Below, one piece after another: positions 15,654-24,969 of a stretch of 28,894 nucleotides of DNA. The stretch is from a virus. Lineage: Duplodnaviria; Heunggongvirae; Uroviricota; Caudoviricetes. Numbering within the stretch: position 1 is the first letter of the stretch; each line of letters opens with the position of its first letter. The translations under genes were made by a program, and so were the position numbers. The notes under the pieces are model-generated. The model saw nothing but the letters and a program-made list of their open reading frames with translations. It ran no database searches and had not been told where the DNA came from. The DNA is taken from the IMG/VR virus record IMGVR_UViG_2534682060_000015, positions 1-28,894 of that record, one strand, 5' to 3'.

Positions 15654-16261
15654 CAAGAAAATCAATAACTTAGCTTAGCTTCTCTAAGAAATTGTATCTT
15701 CTGTTATCACTTACAAACGCCTATACGTTGTTATGGGCTTTGGTAGTGTAACACGTATGGGCGAGTAGTTCCCAGGCTCAACCTCGTAACAAGTTCCTTT
15801 GAAGCTGGAAGACGTGCCACCGTCTCTAAACCTTCTACCAAAACTCTTAGCAAGATGTTCCACACCTGGCGCGGTGTCCAATGATGCTACACGTCGAGAT
15901 GACGTTGCAGAGGATAAACAGGCTAAATGATGGGAAGAGTAGTTTTAAGTGCATAGTGGATTAAAGCCCACCTCTTCAAAACCTAACTTGATCGGGAAAG
16001 AATCAAGCTCTAGCACGGTTTCGTCCACCGGAGTACAACGGGTGCCTGATAAGAGAAGAACTGCTAAGACTTCATAGCTTTTGTGAAAAAGCCCTTTTTA
16101 GTGGATACGCCTACGGCGCTTATTTTTTGGGGTAGCCCATCAAAGGCGCTTTATGGCTCCTATTGTCTTGAAAATGTATCTTTACTTGTATTGTGTTTTA
16201 TGCGTAGTCTCCCTGTGTAGTATGTAACTTGTTAATTTTCATATGAATACAGAGGCACACG

Positions 16262-16414
16262 ATGAAAAACATTGCAGCTATCAAACGTAATAACCGCAAG
16301 ATTCACGCTCGTAAGTTCCTGTCTACGCCAGAAGGAAAAGCCTGGCTAGAGCGTAAACAGAGAGAGAACGAAGAAAGAAAACTCCTTAGTGAGTTGAAAT
16401 GGCTTAAGGATTGA
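16262..16414 (+). CDS. small basic hypothetical protein (50 aa)
   Basis: Hand-found ORF MKNIAAIKRNNRKIHARKFLSTPEGKAWLERKQRENEERKLLSELKWLKD with AGAGG 6 nt upstream; followed by a long hairpin. Confidence 0.35.
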   Translation: MKNIAAIKRNNRKIHARKFLSTPEGKAWLERKQRENEERKLLSELKWLKD

Positions 16415-16428
16415 ATCACCAGTAGGCG

Positions 16429-16476
16429 CATAACACATCCAGCGATCAAAGATGTGTTTATGCGCCTGATAGTGAA
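16429..16476. terminator. long near-perfect hairpin (16-bp stem) between convergent small ORFs
   Basis: AGGCGCATAACACATC (16429..16445) pairs with GATGTGTTTATGCGCCT (16460..16476); no clear U-tract on either side. Confidence 0.35.
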
Positions 16477-16480
16477 ATTA

Positions 16481-16639
16481 TTAAAGTCGTTTAGTTAACA
16501 TCGCCATTGCTTGAGCAATAATTGCAACAGCGTCCATCTCTTCACTGGAAGCGATGCAAATGCGGTAACTAATAGCCACAATGAATACATCAATAACGAG
16601 AAAGTGAATAGTGTGAAGATGTTTTGAAAGTAAATGCAT
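16481..16639 (-). CDS. small hydrophobic hypothetical peptide (52 aa)
   Basis: Hand-found ORF MHLLSKHLHTIHFLVIDVFIVAISYRICIASSEEMDAVAIIAQAMAMLTKRL with GGAGG 5 nt upstream (rc of 16645..16649); convergent with 16262..16414. Confidence 0.3.
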   Translation of the reverse strand: MHLLSKHLHTIHFLVIDVFIVAISYRICIASSEEMDAVAIIAQAMAMLTKRL

Positions 16640-17033
16640 AACTTCCTCCGGTTTTGGGATAGGAGGATTAGAACATGCATTAAATGATGTTGCAAGAATG
16701 GCAATTTACCCTAATAGTCTACTATTCACCTCAATCTACGTCAACCAATATTTGATGTAGATTTAATTTTCTTTTAAAAACAATATGTTGTTATTTGTTG
16801 AATTTTGGGGTTAGGTTGTTTTTTGAACGTTTTCATCAAGTGTAAAGATACGTTTAGCCTTCATAGTGAGTTCAGTTACTGTCTTTTTCTCTGAAATCGG
16901 CGCAAACGTGATCATCGCTTGAGGTTGCTGCTCTTACTTCTCAAATTGTGATGGAGAACGATAAAGGTTAGAGGGCACTTTTATTTTTTTAAGCAAGTGT
17001 ATAGCATAAGAATAATCTAAAAAGGGAGGTTAT

Positions 17034-17585
17034 ATGCGCAGGTCTGCATTTGTGAGGATGATGATTTTTACAACGTTGTTTGTAGGGGGAACTTCTACCG
17101 CAGTTGCTAAAAACTGCAAAAAAGGAATACCTTGTGGTAACTCGTGTATAGCTGTTGGTAAGACGTGCCGGATTGGCTCTTATGCCCCTTCATCTTATAA
17201 AAATCATTCATACTCTTATCCTTCATCCTCTATTCGAAGCTCGCAATCAAATAATTCACGAAAAACTGAAGGAGTGAAAACGACTCCTGCTGCCAAAAAT
17301 TATCTTTGCCAATACTCTATTGCATCAATCGAAAACGGACGTTTAGGGGCATTACGTGTTCAGGGATACGCACAAGTAACTTTATATGCAGATAGCTTCA
17401 AGGCTAACAGATTAAATGGAACATATTTGATATCGCCAAAACTGAATGCTAACGGCAAGTTTATGATGGCAGATGATAAAAGCAAGGTTTATGCTTATGA
17501 TTCTTGGCTATTAAATTTTGCAATAAGCGATCGTATCACAAGAACGACAGAACAATGGGATCGATGTAAGCTCAATCAAAAATAA
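17034..17585 (+). CDS. secreted hypothetical protein with Sec-type signal peptide (183 aa)
   Basis: N-terminus MRRSAFVRMMIFTTLFVGGTSTAVA-KN (basic n-region, hydrophobic core, AVA cleavage motif); GGGAGG 4 nt upstream; Cys-rich mature N-terminus. Confidence 0.55.
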   Translation: MRRSAFVRMMIFTTLFVGGTSTAVAKNCKKGIPCGNSCIAVGKTCRIGSYAPSSYKNHSYSYPSSSIRSSQSNNSRKTEGVKTTPAAKNYLCQYSIASIENGRLGALRVQGYAQVTLYADSFKANRLNGTYLISPKLNANGKFMMADDKSKVYAYDSWLLNFAISDRITRTTEQWDRCKLNQK

Positions 17586-17603
17586 CAGTTAGAGAAGCTC
17601 TTG

Positions 17604-17660
17604 TAGAGGCATTATTGAGTTATTGATTTTAATATTTTTGTGCCTCTATGGGCTTTTTTT
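17604..17660 (+). terminator. terminator-like hairpin plus T-run after the secreted-protein gene
   Basis: TAGAGGCA (17605..17612) pairs with TGCCTCTA (17641..17648) over a long loop, then GGGCTTTTTTT (17651..17660). Confidence 0.35.
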
Positions 17661-18740
17661 GCCTTTTTGCAAAGTAGGAGAGAGCACAGGAATCGTTAAA
17701 ATTAATTATTGGGGTATTTAAGGTTATTTTCAGGTGGTTTAAGGGTATTAAACTTGATTTAATTGATTAAAATATAAACAGATAGTCCTGTATCTTATTG
17801 ATTTATAAGGTTATTTTTAAATTAAGGTAAATAAAAAATAAATAGCCATAAATAGCTATAAATACATCTAAATACCTTTATCCCTTCCCTTATGGCTAGA
17901 TTGCGAGAAGTGCTTAACGCGATTTTCACCGCCCCCCGATCTGGAAAATCCAGAATCCCCAAATATCAGCAAGGAATTTTCTTGCGTAATCAACATCGTT
18001 TTTACCAATTAAATCATTACACAGAAAGCCTTTCTGTAATGTCTCTCACTAAACTTTCACTAAACACGAGAATGATCGGTTTTATGTCGGATCAGATGCT
18101 AGAAACAGCACCACGTCTCACAAGGGCTGTAAGCGATGAAACCAGTGTTTATGCGGGTGCAGGTCAAAATATGGGCCAAAATCCATTTAACATAATAAGC
18201 GTAATATGCACTAAGGAACACATAGAACGCCTTGAGTTGATGTATAAGGGGAAAAGTGGTGGATTTTTTACGTAGGAGCACGAGAGGGCTTCTATTGACT
18301 TTTGTATGCTATGAAATATAATAGAAGGTTTTTATTTTTATGTTGATAGTGATTGCACATTAAAGATTGAAAGCAAATTTAAACATAAATTTTCAACACG
18401 TGAAAGAACTTGTTCGACAAATGATAGAACGTTTATTGAGCAACAATTTTGCAGTGATGCGCTATATGCCGCATAACATAAGGCTTTGCTGATGATGACG
18501 CAAAAGTGAAGAAAGCTAACATTGCACTTTTTAAGCTACTTTTCATTGGATTTTTACGTAGGAATTACACAGGGATTAATCATCAATTACATTGAATTTA
18601 AGCCTGTTTTAGATGTTTAATTTTGGTAGCAAGAAACACTTTTAGAAGATCATTGCACAGATGTTATGTGATGATTGGATGTAACGGTAGGTCACTGTGA
18701 GCTACCCCTATCAAGTCTGATACCCGATAAGTATAAATAA

Positions 18741-18843
18741 CACCTGGGAAATGAGTTCCGATCTATTTAGGAAATAACCGTGGAAGTGGTTTCCTACCTA
18801 CCTAGGAAATGAGTTCCTATCACCTAGGAAATGATTTCCGACA
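18741..18843. repeat. cluster of palindromic repeats (CACCT)(A/G)GGAAATGA(G/T)TTCC in a long ORF-free region
   Basis: Copies at 18741..18763, 18801..18817 and 18821..18843, plus the related GGAAATAACCGTGGAAGTGGTTTCC between them; each unit carries inverted GGAA/TTCC half-sites. Confidence 0.55.
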
Positions 18844-19704
18844 ATACTATAATTAAACTACAATTAAACTATATAATATAATTCTTTTTTATCTTTATAA
18901 GAATAATTATAGGGATACCCGTTAGGGAGTCTAACGACTATCCCTTAATCTATTGGCATTCGCCAGAACCTTGCACAAGTTAGAGTGTTAGTCGTTAGAC
19001 TGCTTGTCATAACACATAGTTTTTGTTTGTTGATGTTAGTTAGTAGATCTATGTTCGCTAATGCCGCTCACAACGAATATGTAATCTACTATGTGCAAAT
19101 AGCCTACGGCTTGCGTAAGGCTAAATAGTCTTGCGCTGTGCGCTGTGCGCTTCAATAGTTCCATTGATGAGGCTTACGCCAATCTAACGATCATCAATCT
19201 ATTTAAGAGAAAATCTATTGTGCAATACTCTGACGAGTGCAATAACCTTGTGTGCTACGCGTTAGCGATGTTAGCACATAGACACAGACAACAACCAACA
19301 ACAAACAAAAAAGAATGGTTTTAGTAGTTGAAGGTTAAATAAGTTTCTACCGCTTAAATCAAGCCGTAGGCGAGCTAAACGTATATAAGGCAGGGAAACC
19401 TTAGCGGTAATAGATTAGCTCATTATAGAGCTTCTGAGGAGCTTTACAGGTATTTTATAAGGTGTCTGAAATTAGAGTTTATCTATCATCTCCTTTTCAT
19501 ATACCTAACAAATACAAAATAAGCCCCTTAAATAAACCTCTGGCGAGCTAAACTGTCATTACATAAGGGAATGTATTGTTTTTATCAAAACCTCGTTAGA
19601 ACGCGTTTTAGAGAATAAGGAAGAATAGCATCACACAGAAGAGCACGAATTGCTAAGTAAAATCATAACATACTGAAAAATGATTAATATTTTATGGGCG
19701 GGGG

Positions 19705-19733
19705 TTGACAAAAGCCTTTAGTTATGGTAAAGT
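19705..19733 (+). promoter_or_regulatory. sigma70-like promoter (TTGACA, 17-bp spacer, TAAAGT)
   Basis: Perfect -35 TTGACA at 19705..19710, 17-nt spacer, -10-like TAAAGT at 19728..19733; about 120 nt upstream of the small ORF at 19857. Confidence 0.4.
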
Positions 19734-19856
19734 AATATTAGGGGCAGGAAAACATTCCTATCCTCTAAATAATTAAACCAATGCACCGCACTTTGAAGCC
19801 CAAGAGGCTTGCAAGGTGTCTTTTTCTTTTAACCAAATAGAATAGGAGGTTAATTA

Positions 19857-20033
19857 GTGAAGTATTTCACTTCTCAAGATGTAGTTGAAGCCTGGAAACG
19901 TGGTGAGATCAACCGCTTTAGGGTAAGAATGAATAGGAACACAGCGCGACGCTGTGGTTATCCAGAGCGTGAAAAATGTTTTGACGATGCACTAAAAATT
20001 ATTGATGAACTGCGTAAAGCAGAGAAAGAATAA
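19857..20033 (+). CDS. small hypothetical protein (58 aa)
   Basis: GTG start with AGGAGG at 19845..19850; VKYFTSQDVVEAWKRGEINRFRVRMNRNTARRCGYPEREKCFDDALKIIDELRKAEKE. Confidence 0.4.
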   Translation: MKYFTSQDVVEAWKRGEINRFRVRMNRNTARRCGYPEREKCFDDALKIIDELRKAEKE

Positions 20034-20056
20034 TAACAGGAGAAGGAGAAAACCAA

Positions 20057-20245
20057 ATGAATATTAATTTTGATTCTGCAACTTATAACGCGTTGTTAAA
20101 TCGTGCAAAGGCAGAAGGGAAATCAATTCCAAAACTTGTTAATGAATTACTAATTACAGTCCTTACAAAGGAGGAACTAAATGATCAAAAATATCAAAAC
20201 AATTGCCGAAGCGAAAGCCAAATGTCTAAATCAGAAAGATGGTAA
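20057..20245 (+). CDS. ribbon-helix-helix (CopG/Arc-like) DNA-binding protein
   Basis: MNINFDSATYNALLNRAKAEGKSIPKLVNELLITVL follows the beta-strand/helix/helix pattern of RHH regulators; AGGAGAAGGAG upstream. Confidence 0.55.
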   Translation: MNINFDSATYNALLNRAKAEGKSIPKLVNELLITVLTKEELNDQKYQNNCRSESQMSKSERW

Positions 20246-20849
20246 ACAAAAATATGTAGTCGTTGAGCAGTGGTTGAAGATGTTTAAAAAGTGGTTCTCA
20301 CCGTCAGGTAATGAATACACCGCTACACTGCCAGCCGTTGAAATCTATAGCTATATAGCTGGATTCAATGAACAAGGGCAAGAATGTTACGCCACTCAAA
20401 AAACATTATCTAATATTGGAATGGTTAGTGATCGCCAGGTTCGCAATATTATAAATATGTTTGTTGATATGGGAGTTCTTTCTGTAGAGGCTCGGGACGG
20501 GCAAACATCACTCTATAAAGCATTACCATTCACAGATGCACATATTACTCCCCCTGGAGAGTCATCACTACCTGATCCTTCTGAGAAAGAAGACGAATCT
20601 AATGAAATATTGAATGTTTCAGAAATCATCATTGAAGAAGAAACACAGGAATCAGAGTTCCCTGAGCGGCCCGAAATTTTTACTTGGCTTCTTTCCCTTG
20701 ATAAGAAGAAACCACCGCACGAAGAAACAGAAGATTTTGTAAAACGAGCATTAGATTCAAAGAATATCTATCTTGAGAAACAGGCTTTTCACGATCTGAT
20801 AATATCTCTAAGAGAAAAAAGTGAAATATACGATTCAATACCATTCTAA
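20181..20849 (+). CDS. winged-HTH protein resembling N-terminal domains of phage/plasmid replication initiators, acidic C-terminus
   Basis: YATQKTLSNIGMVSDRQVRNIINMFVDMGVLSVEARDGQTSLYK is an HTH-like segment; AAGGAGG 6 nt upstream of ATG 20181; acidic tail. Confidence 0.45.
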   Translation: MIKNIKTIAEAKAKCLNQKDGKQKYVVVEQWLKMFKKWFSPSGNEYTATLPAVEIYSYIAGFNEQGQECYATQKTLSNIGMVSDRQVRNIINMFVDMGVLSVEARDGQTSLYKALPFTDAHITPPGESSLPDPSEKEDESNEILNVSEIIIEEETQESEFPERPEIFTWLLSLDKKKPPHEETEDFVKRALDSKNIYLEKQAFHDLIISLREKSEIYDSIPF

Positions 20850-21032
20850 GGAGAGTAAATGACTTATAACAGCACTACATTTCGTCTTTTGAAATTAAAC
20901 AAAGATTTTGAATTGTTTATCACAAACAATCAATAACAACAGATCGGGCAATACATATGGCAAATGCATTTATGGCGATATTCATCGTAACTATGGCATT
21001 AAGTTTTTATAATCCACATAAAAAGAGGGAAA

Positions 21033-21419
21033 ATGGGAAGAAAGAAAAAGAACAACTTAAAACGTATTGAAAAAAACAGTAATTTCAATTCAACAAGACA
21101 ACGTCCACCGACACATACCAATAACGAAATTCCAGGGGAAGAGATAATCTTCATTTTAGAATCTAACAGCCCACCACTTACAAACGAAGAATTAGAAATT
21201 ATTCAATCAATGGGTGATGGTGTGTATTTCAAACCCAGAACAAGAAAGACAACGATTATAGAACCTGGCACATTAAAGAAATGGCAGCTGTTAAATTTTA
21301 CCAGCTACAGGCACTATATCGGTTTTAATAGTTTCAACAATCAGGTAGGCGGCGTTACAGAAACAGATCTGATGCAGCACCTGATCGACACTCTCGCATC
21401 TAACAAACGTTCAAACTAA
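21033..21419 (+). CDS. hypothetical protein (128 aa)
   Basis: Track ORF; first gene of a tightly packed three-gene block. Confidence 0.4.
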   Translation: MGRKKKNNLKRIEKNSNFNSTRQRPPTHTNNEIPGEEIIFILESNSPPLTNEELEIIQSMGDGVYFKPRTRKTTIIEPGTLKKWQLLNFTSYRHYIGFNSFNNQVGGVTETDLMQHLIDTLASNKRSN

Positions 21420-21436
21420 AAATAAAAGGAACAACA

Positions 21437-21640
21437 ATGATCGACCATATACAGGAAACACAATTATTTCAGATGATCTTGTCTGATGCAAAAAACTATG
21501 CTGAGTTAATTCGGCTGGCAAAAGAAACAGAAGACTACGAAGCATTAGAGCGTTACCGTGATGAAGTGCTGACGCTCAAGACACCTTTTAACATCGTATT
21601 GAATATGATTAATGATGCATTACAAGGAGAATACGCATAA
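21437..21640 (+). CDS. hypothetical acidic protein (67 aa)
   Basis: Track ORF; stop overlaps the next start. Confidence 0.4.
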   Translation: MIDHIQETQLFQMILSDAKNYAELIRLAKETEDYEALERYRDEVLTLKTPFNIVLNMINDALQGEYA

Positions 21641-21948
21641 TGGAAGAAGATATTAGCAATGCAATGGAACAACTTTTAGATCTGACTATCTCACTACAAA
21701 CAAGAATAAATCAAGCCTATTCAGATTTATGCGATTACACGCTCTCTCAATGCGTTATTAGCTTAATGAAGGTGAATGTAAGCCTTGACGATTTTATCTC
21801 TCTGGTGAGCGATTTAGAGCTAATTGAGGACGATGCCAAGATGTGCACTCAAACCATCACAGACACCGCCAGCACGTTAAAGGCTGCAAGTGAAGAGATT
21901 CAGCAATTAGTAGATGATTTAGCAAAAAGTGCTATTTTCTCTAAATGA
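21640..21948 (+). CDS. hypothetical acidic protein (102 aa)
   Basis: Track ORF, translationally coupled to the upstream ORF. Confidence 0.4.
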   Translation: MEEDISNAMEQLLDLTISLQTRINQAYSDLCDYTLSQCVISLMKVNVSLDDFISLVSDLELIEDDAKMCTQTITDTASTLKAASEEIQQLVDDLAKSAIFSK

Positions 21949-22852
21949 TAATGAAAATCATTTGCATTTATAACGATTTCATTATATAATGATATTAGGG
22001 GTAGATAAAAAGGTTTTGACTGGTGTTAATCCTTTTCCTGTCATAAATCCCTGCATATGGAAGGTGATAGCCTCAAAGGTTGAATGGCATTAACCTCTAA
22101 CAAATATTACCTTCCATCCCCTCAAGAAGTTTTAGAATAATCATAACTCCCTCTTTGATTGTTGATTGTTTCTACGTTGTGTTGATGAATGTTGTTAGGC
22201 ATTGTGCTTAATTTTGATAAAAGCGGGTAGGTGTTATCTCCTTGCCCTTCCCGCTCTTATTTTTCATCTATGCTTATCCTAAAGCTCCTTATTTTGTCCG
22301 AAAACATTAAAGAGCCTTACACTGATAGTTATATTTTATAACTATTTACTAACATCATTAAACTCTTATTTAATGACAGAAGTTAGTAACAGAATAATCT
22401 ATTAAGTTGTTGTCAAAAACAATCATCTGCATAGCGTTAGCCGCAAGCAGAGAGAGTTTAGCTAAGAATTGTGCAATAACCTTTGGAAATATTGATAGCA
22501 AAACGGGTTTTATAGACTGCAAATCTATAATCTTTGGTTGTAAAAAAGCTTTTTCTGAAACGGTAGATTACTGTTGGTGTAGTTAATCCCTATTAAAATT
22601 TAATCTGTGAGTAGATTGGAACAGTGATTCCTTAAAATCTGACTGGTGCATCCACACCATGAAAGATAGCGGTTAGCCACCGCGCCCCGAATAGATATTC
22701 CTGATTGATTCCGCATGTTTTCCTAAGAGCATGTTTTCAGGAATATCTGTTCACCCTTTAAACCTATCTTTAAGCATGTTTAATAAGCATTCTTAGAGAT
22801 ACGTTTAAAACCTCCTCAAGGTTTTACTTATCGCTGTGTATTGCCCGACACG

Positions 22853-22912
22853 TTAATAAATCCCCCTCGCTATTGTCAGATTGAACCTCTTATAGCCTGG
22901 GGGATTTATTAA
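22853..22912. promoter_or_regulatory. perfect 14-bp inverted repeat TTAATAAATCCCCC / GGGGGATTTATTAA upstream of the structural gene block
   Basis: Arms 22853..22866 and 22899..22912 separated by 32 nt; about 30 bp upstream of ORF 22941. Confidence 0.45.
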
Positions 22913-22940
22913 ATTCCAACATAATGGAATCGTTATATAA

Positions 22941-23150
22941 ATGAAACAAGAAATTATCCTGAAATATGGCAATGAAAAGTTAACACTAACTGAAGATGTG
23001 TTGAATGCTACAGCCTACGCGCTTGGCATCACTCCCACAGAATTAAAGAAACAGTGTGAACGTCTTTATAAGGCTGAAAGCAATAAACCATCTCACCAAG
23101 ATTTGATTAATGCTAAAGCTCAACAAATCAAACAATCTAAGGAAAAATAA
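22941..23150 (+). CDS. hypothetical protein (69 aa)
   Basis: Track ORF; stop overlaps the start of the next gene. Confidence 0.4.
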   Translation: MKQEIILKYGNEKLTLTEDVLNATAYALGITPTELKKQCERLYKAESNKPSHQDLINAKAQQIKQSKEK

Positions 23151-23524
23151 TGGCTATTTTAAAATTAAGCGATGTTTTCCCACATCGTAAAAGCATCACT
23201 GACGTAGTGAGCTATGCAACCGACCCTTACGCGGCTGTAGAAAGCAAAAAATTTGCAGCACTTGCACAAGATGTAACGTGCGGCGACCTCATTGATTCAT
23301 CCGGCGCTAAATATGTTAGCGGCGCTGATGTTCTTGTCGTTGTGTCTGACTTCGTAACTGCTGATTCAAATAAAACAGTTAACGTGCTTCGTGCTAATGC
23401 CGGACTTGTTTGCATCAAAGCTGATGCCCTGAATGCCGAAGGCGCTGTAAAAGAAGCTGCTATTGCAGCTCTCGCTGCTAAAGGCTTCCAGCTTGAAGGC
23501 TTCCACTCTGTTTTCACATCTTAA
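23150..23524 (+). CDS. putative phage head protein (decoration- or scaffold-like, 124 aa)
   Basis: Ala/Val-rich small protein immediately upstream of the capsid-like gene; functional call is by position and size only. Confidence 0.3.
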   Translation: MAILKLSDVFPHRKSITDVVSYATDPYAAVESKKFAALAQDVTCGDLIDSSGAKYVSGADVLVVVSDFVTADSNKTVNVLRANAGLVCIKADALNAEGAVKEAAIAALAAKGFQLEGFHSVFTS

Positions 23525-23540
23525 GAAGGAATAAATAATA

Positions 23541-24569
23541 ATGATTATCGGAAATGAAGTGGTTGATCTTGCTCCACTGTTCGAATTAAACGACTCACGC
23601 AATTACCTACTGTCTACTCTGGATTTTACTGATCCTGTGCCTGTAGAAAGTCACAAAGTGGCTGTTTCCCAGCTTATCGAGAGCAATGAATCTCTGTTCA
23701 ACCATCCTACAAGCCGTTTTAGCTCTGAGCATAACGTTACTAAGCGTGAGAACGGGGAAGAATGGCTGATTGAAATCCCTTACTTCCTGCGTGAAGACCT
23801 GATCAAACCGCAGGACGTGCAAGGCAAACGCAAAGCCGGAAGCTCTATTGAAGAAACACTGCCGGATCTGTATGCGGAATATATCGCTAAACACAATGTT
23901 GCATTCCAGCGCACTAAAGAAAGCATCCTCGCGGCTTCTCTGTTCTCTGGCAAGACACATACCCCGAAAACTGACGATGTTCTGATCGATTACAGCATTC
24001 TGTTCGGTGTGTCTCCAATGACTGCAACCGTTGACGCATCCAGCACCAACACAATGACCGTATTCAAGCAATTTGATCAGATGCATACGGATATGATTGC
24101 TAAGGCACAAAGCCAGGCTGCAACCATTGAGCGTGTTGTTGTGTTCTGTAAACCTGCGGCATTCAACGCTATTCGTTACAGCGTTGGCATGGTTAATGCG
24201 TTCCAGTATGCAAGCCCTGTAGACGATGCAAACGTGGTGTTTAATGTGCGTTCTCTGCTGCCTGGTGTAACTACTTTCACCATTCCAGGAACTAACATTG
24301 ATCTGATCAAAGTGACTGATCCGCTGCTGCTGGCACATATGACCGCAGACGCTGTAGCTGTTCCTAAATTCGCTAAAGGTGCAGGTGTTTACCAATCTAT
24401 TTATGGCGCTCCTTCCAGTTCCTTCGATCTGCTGTCCCAAGGTGCAAAAGAGTATTACAGCTATGCTTTCGAATCGAATCGCGGCGACGCAGTGCACGTA
24501 GTGACCGAGAATAGCTCGCTTGTGGTTAACCACGGTGTTGGTTTCTCTGTTCAGATTACAGTGGCGTAA
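23541..24569 (+). CDS. putative phage major capsid protein (342 aa)
   Basis: Size and position after a small head-like protein; C-terminal segment ...VVNHGVGFSVQITVA resembles the C-terminus of lambda-type major capsid protein E as I recall it. The antisense 337-aa ORF on the opposite strand is treated as spurious. Confidence 0.45.
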   Translation: MIIGNEVVDLAPLFELNDSRNYLLSTLDFTDPVPVESHKVAVSQLIESNESLFNHPTSRFSSEHNVTKRENGEEWLIEIPYFLREDLIKPQDVQGKRKAGSSIEETLPDLYAEYIAKHNVAFQRTKESILAASLFSGKTHTPKTDDVLIDYSILFGVSPMTATVDASSTNTMTVFKQFDQMHTDMIAKAQSQAATIERVVVFCKPAAFNAIRYSVGMVNAFQYASPVDDANVVFNVRSLLPGVTTFTIPGTNIDLIKVTDPLLLAHMTADAVAVPKFAKGAGVYQSIYGAPSSSFDLLSQGAKEYYSYAFESNRGDAVHVVTENSSLVVNHGVGFSVQITVA

Positions 24570-24737
24570 ATAAAGCGTTAATAGACGATTCCCCATCGTC
24601 TGGAAATAATCGGGGGGCAATAAGGGTAAAGGGATTAACTAACCTGTAGGCGCAAATACAGTAACGAATCTCTTTGCCCTTATTGTTTTTCTACTGTCTA
24701 CAAACCCAAATAAAAATATATATGTGAGAGAAAACCA

Positions 24738-24935
24738 ATGAATACAGAAAATTCACAGGCATTAATTCTTAAATCTGTAAAAGAACTGGCAGCTATTAGC
24801 GATGACTCAATAATCAATGTCAGTGCCTTATGCAGAATGCTTTCAATTGATGCAAATAATGTGCGCCAGCGTGTCTTTCAGACTGGGTGCAGCACTTTCG
24901 AAGCAATTCAATACTATTGCTCTAAAAAACAATAA
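24738..24935 (+). CDS. hypothetical protein (65 aa)
   Basis: Track ORF between the capsid-like gene and the 613-aa gene. Confidence 0.35.
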   Translation: MNTENSQALILKSVKELAAISDDSIINVSALCRMLSIDANNVRQRVFQTGCSTFEAIQYYCSKKQ

Positions 24936-24969
24936 TAAACAACAATCATAATACAGGGAAACAATTAGC

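Noticed and set aside
17892-18275. 127-aa + strand ORF in the long ORF-free region
   Set aside because: No Shine-Dalgarno sequence (the upstream sequence is CCTTCCCTT), and the ORF sits in an AT-rich repeat-laden region; kept only as part of the non-coding-region finding.
23607-24620. 337-aa ORF on the minus strand
   Set aside because: It is entirely antisense to the capsid-like gene (23541..24569), which has a better start context and protein-like composition; the minus-strand translation is Cys/His/Arg-rich. Judged to be a shadow ORF.
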